64,000 bases of DNA from Candidatus Magasanikiibacteriota bacterium (GCA_041665025.1 JBAYJP010000002.1:64691-128690); one strand, 5' to 3'; positions 49,553-59,561 are shown, numbered from the stretch's first letter. The notes: generated from the letters alone by a model not told the origin. A program made the numbers and translations.

Positions 49553-50410
49553 CTATCTAAAAGCTTCAAACACAATATCTACCACTGCATAACTTGCAAA
49601 TATAAGCACAATGCCAAGCGAGGACCAAATAAATATTTGCATTGCCTTAGCACCTTTTTCTGCGTTACCACCCGCAGTCATCCAGAGCACACCGCCATAT
49701 ACAATCATAGCTAGTGCAATAGATCCCATGATGCCCATTGCGGCTTTGATAACTCTGCCTATGAGTTCTGGCAAATAAATATCTCCTAATGTATTGAGAA
49801 CCGAGACATCGGGGATAATAAGACCAGCTTCCTCCTCACCCTGTGTAGGTGTTGTAGGTACGGCTGTCGAAGAATCATATTTATCTGCTTTAGGCATGCA
49901 TGACACAAGCAAATTTACTACGGGCGAACCGACAAAACTCTGCCTAATATTAAAATTACAATCTGACAGTACGCGCGCCTCTGAAAAAGCTGGTGGTAAA
50001 GTTATATCACTTGATATTTTTCCATTTAGTATCTGAGATAAGGTAAATTGGTAACGAACCTGAACTGAAGTCGCAGCATCTACTCTGAATCCTTCTCCAT
50101 CTACCTGTAATCGACATGCACAAGAATTATCCGAATCACTACCTATAATCGCAAGGCCATCTGAAACAGTTACCATATTAGGAGTCTGGCCAACTTTGAG
50201 ACAAATACCCTGATGACACCTTCTCCCTCCCGGACATGGAGCGCCCGGATCACACAGTGCTGTTTCACAGTTCATGTCGTCTGTGCATATTTCGTCACTG
50301 CCGCAGTCATTATCGTTTATACAATCTGCCTTGGCCTCTGCAGGAAAAAAATTAAGCACGGTCTGAAACATGATAAGAAGTACCACAAAAATATATTTCT
50401 TATACCTCAT
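49553..50410 (-). CDS. Cys-rich secreted protein with C-terminal pilin domain
   Basis: 'CINDNDCGSDEIC', 'GVLWMTAGGNAEKGAKA'. Confidence 0.72.
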   Translation of the reverse strand: MRYKKYIFVVLLIMFQTVLNFFPAEAKADCINDNDCGSDEICTDDMNCETALCDPGAPCPGGRRCHQGICLKVGQTPNMVTVSDGLAIIGSDSDNSCACRLQVDGEGFRVDAATSVQVRYQFTLSQILNGKISSDITLPPAFSEARVLSDCNFNIRQSFVGSPVVNLLVSCMPKADKYDSSTAVPTTPTQGEEEAGLIIPDVSVLNTLGDIYLPELIGRVIKAAMGIMGSIALAMIVYGGVLWMTAGGNAEKGAKAMQIFIWSSLGIVLIFASYAVVDIVFEAFR

Positions 50411-50429
50411 ATGTCCTGAAAGAAAAAAT

Positions 50430-51281
50430 TTATTTTTTTGAAAAATATAATGCTGTCTTCAACAAACTCTCGGGGGTCCCTGTATCAAAATACTTGCCCT
50501 CATATTCATACGCATACATTGTTTCATTGTGCGCCATCGCGTTCACGGCATCAGCCACCCATATCTCTCCGGCTCTACTCTTTTTTGTTTTTTCCAAATA
50601 AGACCAAATCTTTGGAGTAAAGATGTAGCGCATACCACCCACAATAAAACCTTCGGGTGAAACCTCTTCTATGGAGGGTTTTTCCTTAATGCAGTCTACT
50701 TCAAAAGCATACTTTGATAATTTTGAATTTTGAATTTTGAATTTTGAATTCTTTGTATAAACATTTCCATACTTCGTCATCGCTTGTTTATCTTTCAACC
50801 GCTGTACCCCAATAACTGGCACGCCTGTCGCTTCGAAAACCTCTTTTACTTGTTTTACCGCAGGAATTTTTGAATCGATAATGCTATCACCATCTGAAAA
50901 TGCAAATGGTCTATTGCCACAAAGTTTTTTGGCGCACAACAATGCATGGCCATTACCAAGCGGTTTGTTTTGATACGTATAAAAAAATCTTACCTTTTTT
51001 GTAAGATCAATAAGAGACTGTATGCGATCAAGCTTATTTTGTTTTTTGAGTGTGGCTTCTAATTTTTTATCACGCGTGAAATGATCTTTTATTGCTTGCT
51101 TTGTCGGACTCGTAACCAATATGATATCTCGTATACCGCTCTGCGCCATCTCTTCTACAATATACTGAATAACCGGCTTATCAAGCACAGGCAACATCTC
51201 TTTTGGTACAGCTTTTGTCGCCGGCAAAAAACGGGTTCCAAGCCCTGCGACTGTGATGACTCCCGTACGGACGCTTTGCAT
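50430..51281 (-). CDS. galU: UTP--glucose-1-phosphate uridylyltransferase
   Basis: 'VAGLGTRFLPATKAVPKEMLP', 'QNKPLGNGHA', 'EKP'. Confidence 0.85.
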   Translation of the reverse strand: MQSVRTGVITVAGLGTRFLPATKAVPKEMLPVLDKPVIQYIVEEMAQSGIRDIILVTSPTKQAIKDHFTRDKKLEATLKKQNKLDRIQSLIDLTKKVRFFYTYQNKPLGNGHALLCAKKLCGNRPFAFSDGDSIIDSKIPAVKQVKEVFEATGVPVIGVQRLKDKQAMTKYGNVYTKNSKFKIQNSKLSKYAFEVDCIKEKPSIEEVSPEGFIVGGMRYIFTPKIWSYLEKTKKSRAGEIWVADAVNAMAHNETMYAYEYEGKYFDTGTPESLLKTALYFSKK

Positions 51282-51410
51282 ATATTCTATGATTTTAATA
51301 CATCAGCAGTATAACAAATATTTTATGTTTATGCTACATTTTTGGGGCGATAGGTTAAGAAACCAGACTCCGGAAAATAATCTCCGGTTTCCTAGCCTAT
51401 CGCCCATCAC

Positions 51411-52793
51411 TCACTCAATTTCTTCCCAAGAAATTAACTCATACATCGTCCCTACGGGGAAACCAGGTGGTGGATAATATTTCAAATTGCCATCATACAC
51501 ATGATTGGTGTCGTGAAAACCAGAAATCACATTACCCCACCCGTTCACGTATTTCCATCCTCCTCCTTCATACGAAATTTGGGACCCAAAAAAAGTTAGA
51601 GAATCTTTGAGCCCATTGAGGTTTTCATCTGGATCATAGTACGGAGTATATATTGAACCAAACTGAGATAAGGCCGCGGCATTCACTTCCATTGTCCGCG
51701 AAGCCTCGTAAGGAACCACGATATCTCCCTGGGCCATGAGCCCGACAACGTCATCGCCGCCTTTTTCCGCATACGTTAAATTATTATTTATATACAATGT
51801 TTTGTATGGTTCTTGTACAGGAAACTTTCCCACGCCAATAGTGACACGCCCATTTACCGTTCCTTGAACCCATACATTATCTTCAAAAAACATGGCTCCA
51901 TTTGAGGGGATAGCCAGTCTCTCAAAAAATTGGCGATTCCCTACATCAAAACAATACGTATTTCCATCCCAATACCATCCTCCCCATCTCCTGCGCCATC
52001 TACCCTCGCCCTTATAGCAATCGCGGCTTGTCACTTTGTATAGATCAAATTGATTGCCGTCAAAAATTATTTGCCAACCCTCTGTACCAGATGATCCGCG
52101 ACGGATTCCTCCATTGTTTGATGCAGTGCGTATGTCATCGAGATCTCCAGTAACTGAATAAAAGTCAATGATAGGAACAGGAAAATCCCAAAAGGTCTTT
52201 GGTCCTCCACCACCCTGGATATCTCCATGTGCCCTCACCCACGAATCTGTTGTCCCATCAAAACGAATATTTCCATTTGAATGAACGATGCCATGAACCA
52301 CGGTCGTAAAACTAAAACTCATATCTGCATTTTCCAAAAATGCATAATCAGTCATAGCAGGAAATCCCACTCGTACCTGCAGTGTCCGTGAGGCATTGGG
52401 TTCCTGTACAGTCCAACCAGTTGAACGCACTGTGACAACAGAACTCCCGGCAAGTGGTTCATCAATATCTAAAGAAAAATATCCTACCAGATTTCCGTCT
52501 TTGTCATGATATTCATGTACATAAGGGCCAGGCTGGCCAGTGCCATCCGTATATTCATCATTATCATGCGCCAAATGCCAACGATAATAATTCACACCGG
52601 CTTCGGCAATATGCAAAGCCATATCACGCCGATAAAGTTTCGTTGATGCGCGATGTTCAAATAATGCATAGCCAGACACGCCCAAAATAATAATCGTGAA
52701 TGCGATAGAACCGAAAATCATCGCGAAGATGAGCATTGAACCACGGGCGTATTTTCTGTGTAGTTTTGCAGTAATATACTTATTTTTTTTCAT
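51411..52793 (-). CDS. PilX-like minor pilin/pilus assembly protein
   Basis: 'RGSMLIFAMIF', 'ALHIAEAGV', 'VRSTG', C-terminal 'SWEE'. Confidence 0.7.
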   Translation of the reverse strand: MKKNKYITAKLHRKYARGSMLIFAMIFGSIAFTIIILGVSGYALFEHRASTKLYRRDMALHIAEAGVNYYRWHLAHDNDEYTDGTGQPGPYVHEYHDKDGNLVGYFSLDIDEPLAGSSVVTVRSTGWTVQEPNASRTLQVRVGFPAMTDYAFLENADMSFSFTTVVHGIVHSNGNIRFDGTTDSWVRAHGDIQGGGGPKTFWDFPVPIIDFYSVTGDLDDIRTASNNGGIRRGSSGTEGWQIIFDGNQFDLYKVTSRDCYKGEGRWRRRWGGWYWDGNTYCFDVGNRQFFERLAIPSNGAMFFEDNVWVQGTVNGRVTIGVGKFPVQEPYKTLYINNNLTYAEKGGDDVVGLMAQGDIVVPYEASRTMEVNAAALSQFGSIYTPYYDPDENLNGLKDSLTFFGSQISYEGGGWKYVNGWGNVISGFHDTNHVYDGNLKYYPPPGFPVGTMYELISWEEIE

Positions 52794-52837
52794 AACAATA
52801 TTTATTGGTATTGGGTTAGGAAACCAGAAACCTTGCG

Positions 52838-53455
52838 TCAATTTGTCTTTAGATTGCGTACCTGGACCATACTCTCCACATGCAGAGGAACTGGAGTCGC
52901 AGTTGGATCTTTTTCGAGCTCAAGCTGAACTTTGATAAGATGGACATGGGTTACATCAACCGGTTGAGGCAAAGAATTCTCAATCCCTGTGTATGATTCA
53001 TTAAAGTAGGTGAAAATAGGTATTCCTTGCACTTGATTTTTTACATTGTGAGCCAGCTCAATTACTGTCTCGACTCCAGAATATGACAATGGACTACCTG
53101 ATGGCTTTATGACTCCTTGTTTTAGAGTCGTTCCATCAAGCCAAAAGCGTACACGTTCGCGAAAACTATCTTCATCAATATTTGCATAAAAAATTAACTC
53201 ATTCGCACCAGCTATCACAATAGGATATGAACCTATACTCGATTCTTCTGCTTTGCGTGCCTCATTTACCACCTGAAACATCACTTTTCTTCCTTCACTC
53301 TGAGTAGTGAGCTGTTCCCACATGACATCATTTGATCGTAAACTGGTAATCAAAAGCCATACAGCGCCAGTCGTAATAATCGAAAAAATACCAATCACTA
53401 CAGCGAGTTCAAGCAGTGTTGTACCCTGATTATCATGTTTTACTTTAGATAACAT
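52838..53455 (-). CDS. type IV prepilin (PilW-like minor pilin)
   Basis: Class III signal 'QG/TTLLELAVVIGIF'. Confidence 0.8.
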   Translation of the reverse strand: MLSKVKHDNQGTTLLELAVVIGIFSIITTGAVWLLITSLRSNDVMWEQLTTQSEGRKVMFQVVNEARKAEESSIGSYPIVIAGANELIFYANIDEDSFRERVRFWLDGTTLKQGVIKPSGSPLSYSGVETVIELAHNVKNQVQGIPIFTYFNESYTGIENSLPQPVDVTHVHLIKVQLELEKDPTATPVPLHVESMVQVRNLKTN

Positions 53456-53480
53456 ACTGATACGTGATATGTGATACGTG

Positions 53481-55262
53481 TTATATCGCCACCAAATCTA
53501 CAATAACAACTTGATCTCCATCCACAGGCACAGTGGTCGTAAATGTTTGATACCCTTCGTGTGTAATTTCTACCGTATACTCTCCCTCTAGAAGATTTCC
53601 AAAATATGACTGTCCGGGAGGAGTACATTCATTTGTATATACAATAGAAACATCGGACAATGTTGGTGTCACGGTCGCATCATCTGTGTGCAAATATACT
53701 TTATAACGCACATATTGATTCCCTTCGTGTATCTCGTGAATCGTTTGGCTATCTTGCGTATAAAATGTGGATGCTGTTCCGTCTGGACCCACATACTCCC
53801 ATGTTTCAGATGTGCTCGATGCACTACTCGCTATTTGAAATCTAAGTCCATCTACACCTACTTCTGGTGTCTGACCCAATGGATTCCATTCCAATGTTAC
53901 GTAATGCGCCTGCGTACCCACATCAATGACAGAAGATTCAAGAACCCCATTACTTATATAGTTTTCTCCAATTTTTCTCAATACTACATCTCCTGCAGTT
54001 TCACTCACATCCACATTATTGTCATCTGACCAATATCTGGTATTGTCCAAAAAATCGAGCTGTCCTGCACCGCCAGACCAATCGGTTTGGGCAATGCTCC
54101 CTACTCCTGTTGATTTGGTGACATCATATACATCAAAACTCGCACGCACCTGTGCATTGGCAACAGGTAAACCATCATCATTGACCATTACCAAAAGAGA
54201 ACGCAAGGTATTTGGTGCAATGACTAGCTGAACAGGTTGAGTAACTCCGGGATTAAGTGCAAATGGAACATCGGGAATAGTGCCAACGAGATCATATCCA
54301 GACACAGAAAATCCATAACTATCCCATTGTAATGACGAAAATGAATAAGCGCCCGATCCATTTGTTGTATACGTGCCATCCACTTGATAAATATCTGGAT
54401 TTGTCCCCATGAGATGAGTCCCACGCACAGCAAATGACACAGATGATATGGGCTGACACTGAGTATTTACCGCCTCAATATCTATGTGCGATATATAATC
54501 AATAGAAAAACTAATTTCAGTGACATCTTGAGCTTGTACTGAAGCGGGAGGTTTTGTAGGGTGAGGATTGATATCCGATGGCAAGGTAGTTCCATCGATA
54601 GTAAAACCCGGTTTGGTGACGGTAATGGTATATGCATCTGTCCCTTCTGCCACATCAACAATACGCAACATTCCGTCGTTATCTGTAACATCTTCAAAAT
54701 CATATGTGGGAGTTGTAGATGTAGAAACAATATGCACAGTGGCTCCGACAACTGGCTGAGCTTGTGCGTCAAATACCTCTATGTATAATGCACCATGCGT
54801 TGGGTCGCCTTCCAACAATTTTGGCGCGACATATGTCTGTACGGTGAGCGGTTGATTTTGTCCGCATTGTGTACATACAATAGCAATATCAACTAGTTTA
54901 TAATCCGCAGGAGCCGTGTCATTTGGCGTACCGCCAATAACTCCGTCAAAGGGATCATCAATATTGCGAATAGTACGTGTTATCAAAAAATCAATACCAT
55001 TACGTGTCATCGTCACATTTCTTTGTAATAAACCGGATGGACTTCCATTTACAATACCCACATCATAAAAAGATAGGTTACGAACAAGCTCAATTTGTTC
55101 ATTAAGCACAGCTGTCTCAATAATTCTCACGCGTGACTGATATATAATTTTGAAAATAAGCTGTATGCCGCCATACACCCCCATCGCAAACATTACAAAA
55201 ATAGCAATGGCGATGACGGCCTCTAATAATGAGAAAGCTTTTTTGTTTAAACAAATGGACAT
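53481..55262 (-). CDS. large type IV prepilin-like protein with beta-sandwich repeats
   Basis: 'KA/FSLLEAVIAIAIF', 'AQPVVGATV', 'YTITVTKPGF', 'EGEYTVEITHEGY'. Confidence 0.78.
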   Translation of the reverse strand: MSICLNKKAFSLLEAVIAIAIFVMFAMGVYGGIQLIFKIIYQSRVRIIETAVLNEQIELVRNLSFYDVGIVNGSPSGLLQRNVTMTRNGIDFLITRTIRNIDDPFDGVIGGTPNDTAPADYKLVDIAIVCTQCGQNQPLTVQTYVAPKLLEGDPTHGALYIEVFDAQAQPVVGATVHIVSTSTTPTYDFEDVTDNDGMLRIVDVAEGTDAYTITVTKPGFTIDGTTLPSDINPHPTKPPASVQAQDVTEISFSIDYISHIDIEAVNTQCQPISSVSFAVRGTHLMGTNPDIYQVDGTYTTNGSGAYSFSSLQWDSYGFSVSGYDLVGTIPDVPFALNPGVTQPVQLVIAPNTLRSLLVMVNDDGLPVANAQVRASFDVYDVTKSTGVGSIAQTDWSGGAGQLDFLDNTRYWSDDNNVDVSETAGDVVLRKIGENYISNGVLESSVIDVGTQAHYVTLEWNPLGQTPEVGVDGLRFQIASSASSTSETWEYVGPDGTASTFYTQDSQTIHEIHEGNQYVRYKVYLHTDDATVTPTLSDVSIVYTNECTPPGQSYFGNLLEGEYTVEITHEGYQTFTTTVPVDGDQVVIVDLVAI

Positions 55263-55385
55263 GTGACAGGCTATTTTATTGCACCTACTAATGTAACTAA
55301 ATTCACCTAATAAAATTCCAAATAACAAAAATTTTAATTTGACTTTTTGATTTTTTATTAGGTGAATTCTACAATAAAAAAATTA

Positions 55386-55859
55386 TCATTCACCAAGCTC
55401 GGTAATTATTCTCTCTACCAATTCCTTAGATTTTGCTCTCAATTCTGCATCGCTCAACCCCGCTCCTCCACCTTTCCGTATTTCTTCTACCTGTGTATTA
55501 ATTAATTCTTCTTTCATTTTCAAAAGTTCATCTTTGTGTACAATAATTTTTTTCTTCAATGTTTCAATTTGTTTTTTATCTTGCTCGACCGAAGATACTG
55601 ATCCGTCTGTTTGTAGTTGGAGCTGTTGTCGAAGAGCCTGAATCGCAACCAAAACCTGTTGCATGTGCAACATAATATTTTGAACTTGCTGTTTTCCGCT
55701 TTTGACTTCTTTTACCAAAAAATCAGCTCGCTCCATGGTCGCGGCGGCCTGCGCTTCCGGATCCATTTCTTTTTCTTTTGATTCGCGAACTTCTACCGCG
55801 CGCTCCTGAGCTTCACGTGAACGGCGACGGATTTCAGATTGTTCAACTTCGAGAGACAT
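55386..55859 (-). CDS. hypothetical coiled-coil protein
   Basis: E/Q/K-rich ORF from MSLEVEQ. Confidence 0.6.
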   Translation of the reverse strand: MSLEVEQSEIRRRSREAQERAVEVRESKEKEMDPEAQAAATMERADFLVKEVKSGKQQVQNIMLHMQQVLVAIQALRQQLQLQTDGSVSSVEQDKKQIETLKKKIIVHKDELLKMKEELINTQVEEIRKGGGAGLSDAELRAKSKELVERIITELGE

Positions 55860-55941
55860 AAACACGTAACACATATCACGTAACACATATCAATTGTTTT
55901 GTGTTACGTATGTTTTTTATTATGTAACAAGTATACCATTT

Positions 55942-56709
55942 TTAATCTACTACTTCTAATTTCTTCGCCCCAACCCATGACAAATAATACGCCTGCCGCA
56001 TTGCGTCGGCAATTGCCTTGCTTTCAATAAGTACAGAATTGTTTTCCACAAAATTCATAAAGACAACTTTGTTGGCATATATGTTGACCTCTATGCCAGG
56101 CCAAAATATATTTCGCGGGACCACAACAGTTTCAGATAATTCTTGTTCATCATGTGGCTTGTTTCGCGTATGCCACACTGATCCTTCGCCGGCAATTCTT
56201 TTTGCATGCATATTCAACTTCACACGATTATTTATATAGTCCTTATCGAGTCCATATTTATCAAAATCAAAATACAAATCTGTATTCCACATCAATATCT
56301 CATCTGGCTTAACTTCGAGTGTATCATCAAACGCTTTTCGTATTGCGCCTTTCCCTTCGTAAAAATATATTTTTGGTTTCGTTTCACTCGTATTGTACAT
56401 GGCTTCAAAACGGGGTAATTCTTTTTCAACCTGCGTCTTCAAATCAGTTATTATGGTCAAAAGTTTTTCTGGAGGGTCAGCGACGAATTTATTTTTCCCT
56501 TGTTCCGTGGTCTTTCCCATCACACCGCGATCAATAAGCGCATTGAGTATGAAATAAACAGTGGTTCTCGGCAATCCTGCTTCATTTGCAAGTTTACTTG
56601 CTGTTGACGGCCCTGATTCTAGAGCAGACAAATACACCTTTGCCTCATTTTTTGAAAATCCTATTTGGGTCAAAAGACGGTCTAACTGCATATTTTTAGA
56701 GTTATACAT
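55942..56709 (-). CDS. TrmB family transcriptional regulator
   Basis: 'GFSKNEAKVYLSALE', 'GLPRTTVYFILNALIDRG', 'KPKIYFYEG'. Confidence 0.88.
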   Translation of the reverse strand: MYNSKNMQLDRLLTQIGFSKNEAKVYLSALESGPSTASKLANEAGLPRTTVYFILNALIDRGVMGKTTEQGKNKFVADPPEKLLTIITDLKTQVEKELPRFEAMYNTSETKPKIYFYEGKGAIRKAFDDTLEVKPDEILMWNTDLYFDFDKYGLDKDYINNRVKLNMHAKRIAGEGSVWHTRNKPHDEQELSETVVVPRNIFWPGIEVNIYANKVVFMNFVENNSVLIESKAIADAMRQAYYLSWVGAKKLEVVD

Positions 56710-56906
56710 AAAAAGTGTCTAACACATTGTAGTCAATATATAACTTTTTTTTAGCTTAGTCAAGAGAAAAAATATGTGTTATCAAAATTTACTCGTCAAA
56801 CTGTCTAAAATCATTGACATATAAGCAATTCTATGATAATGTAGCTAGTCTCATGAACGAAGCTCGTTCTGAGAGACTGTAAGCTCATCGTCTGGGAGGT
56901 AAAGAT

Positions 56907-57179
56907 ATGGAACTACGCATGGAACTACACTGTAGAAGAAAAGCGAACAAAAAAAACGCTCGAATCACGAAAATTTCATTCCCATGCCCCAACTGCGGGC
57001 ACAACAACTGCCCTCGTAGAAACGTTCGTGAGGCGATTGAACTCTGGTTTCGAGACCGGTTGCCCCCGTGCAAGAAGTGTCACGTGCCTCTGAAAAAAGA
57101 TAATTTCCTATTTCCAGAAGAGACGACAAGGCACCTTCAGAAACTGAAGGAAAAAAGTGGCACCAAGTCAATTGAATGA
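56907..57179 (+). CDS. small zinc-ribbon protein
   Basis: CPNC...CKKC; SD GGGAGGT at 56894-56900. Confidence 0.6.
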   Translation: MELRMELHCRRKANKKNARITKISFPCPNCGHNNCPRRNVREAIELWFRDRLPPCKKCHVPLKKDNFLFPEETTRHLQKLKEKSGTKSIE

Positions 57180-57398
57180 CGATGAGTCTCAGGGAGGAAA
57201 GGAGGGACTCAACTCTCGTACGAGTGAGAACAAAAAACCACAGCATTCCGGCTGATGGTTTTTTGTTTTAAAAATATTTCAATACCTCAATATCAAAATA
57301 TCCCAATATCTATAATCTTTAATCTTGAATCAAAAAACACCACCCTATCCGGATGGTGTTATTTATTACGTGATATGTGTTTCGTGCTACGTGACAAA

Positions 57399-57632
57399 TT
57401 ATTTTGGTACAAACGCCAATAACCCTGCGATACGAGCTTGTTTGATAGCGCGTGCAATAAGCCGCTGATGCTTTGCACACAAACCACTTCGTCTGCGTGG
57501 CTGGATCTTCATATATGAAGATGTGAACCGACGCAATGTTTCATTGTCTTTGTAATCAATTGCTTTGTCCTTGTGCACGCAGAAAAAACATTGTTTTGGT
57601 TTTCTACTTTTCACGATTTTCTGTTGTTGCAT
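57399..57632 (-). CDS. rpsR: 30S ribosomal protein S18 (Zn-binding type)
   Basis: 'CFFC', 'IDYKD', 'CAKHQR', 'AIKQAR'. Confidence 0.95.
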   Translation of the reverse strand: MQQQKIVKSRKPKQCFFCVHKDKAIDYKDNETLRRFTSSYMKIQPRRRSGLCAKHQRLIARAIKQARIAGLLAFVPK

Positions 57633-57647
57633 ACATTATTCAATAAT

Positions 57648-58088
57648 TTAAAATGGTATATCCTCTACTTTGATCTCTTCATCGCTTACATGTGAAGTTG
57701 GTTGGGATGACGATCCTGATGGAGGCGGAGGCACATCACTACCTTGTGCAGAAGAAGAACGAGGAGCATCAAGCATAATAAGATTTTCTGCTATGATTTC
57801 TGTCCGGTATCTCTTCACACCGTCCTGACCAGTCCAATCGCGTGTTTCAATACGTCCTTCTACATACACACGTCGTCCTTTGCTCAAGTATTGTCCGGCA
57901 ATATCTGCCAATTTACCCCACAATACGCAATTGTGATATTCAACACGTTCTTGGCGTACGCCGGTGTTATCTGTCCAGACACGATTTGTCGCAATGCCAA
58001 TAGTTGCAACGCTTTGTCCAGAAGGAGTTGTCCGAACTTCTGGGTCTCGAGTTAAACGACCGAGAATCGTAGCGCGATTGAGATCCAT
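57648..58088 (-). CDS. ssb: single-stranded DNA-binding protein
   Basis: 'GRLTRDPE', 'YVEGRIETR', C-terminal 'DIPF'. Confidence 0.97.
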   Translation of the reverse strand: MDLNRATILGRLTRDPEVRTTPSGQSVATIGIATNRVWTDNTGVRQERVEYHNCVLWGKLADIAGQYLSKGRRVYVEGRIETRDWTGQDGVKRYRTEIIAENLIMLDAPRSSSAQGSDVPPPPSGSSSQPTSHVSDEEIKVEDIPF

Positions 58089-58254
58089 ATGACGTAAGTT
58101 AACTAAGTAACTAAGTTATCTAAGTAAAAGAGTAATTGTTAATCTTTCAATCTTGAAATCTTTTAATCTTCAATCTTGGCTCTTCAGACCTGTGGTTGCA
58201 AGATGTAAGGTTAATTAACTCAGATGTTCGGATTAATTATATTCGTTTACTATT

Positions 58255-58908
58255 TTACACCTTATCAATATCTTGCTGCAAGATCTCATCGAGCTTCTGG
58301 TCGATATCATCTATACTTAAGGAAACTTTTTTCTTTTCCTCTTTCTTACGCGTTCGTGTTGCTGTTTTTACTGGCTCTACTGTTTCCTCTTTCTTTTCAG
58401 GCTCGACTGGAGCAGAAACGGGAACATCTTCTTTAACCTCGACAACAGGTACTTCTTCTTTTTTGTCTGCTACTTCTACTTTTGTCTCTTCAACTCTCTC
58501 GTGTCTAACTTCTGGAACAGAGGGAGAAACAAAAGTTCCACCCAAAATAGCATTCTCTTTTGCCAAACGAGCATTGCTTGGTGCGGTTGGGTCTTGTGCC
58601 AATTTATAGGATACCACATGTGCAGGATCATACAAACGTACGACAACACGAAGCAACCCACCGAGAAGCCGTACTTTTCTCTCTATATCTTGAATATTTT
58701 CTGGTTCAAGGCCAAAACGAAAGATGTGGAAATATCCGTATCTAATGTTTTTTATTGGATATGCCAGACGGCTTTTCCCCATGTCTTCCATGGCTATGTT
58801 TTCTGCATTATTTGCCTGAAGAATTTTGTCTACCTCAGCAACGGTTGGAGCTACTTCAGCTTCAGCCAATGTGCCTGGCAAAACGCAAAACATTTCATAA
58901 TGATTCAT
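58255..58908 (-). CDS. rpsF: 30S ribosomal protein S6 with long C-terminal extension
   Basis: 'MNHYE', 'MGKSRLAYPIK', position in rpsF-ssb-rpsR. Confidence 0.9.
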   Translation of the reverse strand: MNHYEMFCVLPGTLAEAEVAPTVAEVDKILQANNAENIAMEDMGKSRLAYPIKNIRYGYFHIFRFGLEPENIQDIERKVRLLGGLLRVVVRLYDPAHVVSYKLAQDPTAPSNARLAKENAILGGTFVSPSVPEVRHERVEETKVEVADKKEEVPVVEVKEDVPVSAPVEPEKKEETVEPVKTATRTRKKEEKKKVSLSIDDIDQKLDEILQQDIDKV

Positions 58909-59099
58909 AACAATCTCCCTAAAAAAATTAATCCCATGGCATTTTGGCAGATCGACTCATGCCAACCACGGAATTTTTATAATAAATTAGCGTTTAATGT
59001 GTTTTCTGGTACACATATATTAACGCCATTAACCACCAAAGGTGCGCTTACTATAGCAATAGAATAGAAAAATGTCAAGCTAAATATGCTCCCTACCAA

Positions 59100-59561
59100 C
59101 TATAGCTCAACTGGGCTGCTACCTGTCGCTTGACCCAGAGAACGCAACAAAAAAATCACCATGCTATTTGATAGGAGTATTATAATAAGTCCGATTATTG
59201 CATTGAAGAGAACACGTCGAGCTTTTTTCGTGCGTTCTTCATCTCCTCCCGAAGTCATCCAGAGCAGACCACTATATATTATAAGTAAAACAAGCAAAAT
59301 ACCCAAAAATCCGAGAGCAATATTAATGAGGCGTATGACGATAGTACGCAAGTCAGCTGAACCCAAATTAATAAACTCATCAATACTCCTAATACCAAGC
59401 AAATCATCCAAACCATACGCATCTGACGCTTCAACGGTAGTCGTAGTAACCTGAGCCTCCGTGGTCGAAGTAGCTACGTCTGGTGGCGCCTGTGCAAGTA
59501 CAAAAGTTGCATACCCAGAGAAAAAGGATAGCGTAGTTAGAATATATGCAAAAATTTTCAT
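59100..59561 (-). CDS. VirB2/TrbC-like pilin family protein (solitary)
   Basis: 'GLLWMTSGGDEERTKKARR'. Confidence 0.75.
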   Translation of the reverse strand: MKIFAYILTTLSFFSGYATFVLAQAPPDVATSTTEAQVTTTTVEASDAYGLDDLLGIRSIDEFINLGSADLRTIVIRLINIALGFLGILLVLLIIYSGLLWMTSGGDEERTKKARRVLFNAIIGLIIILLSNSMVIFLLRSLGQATGSSPVEL

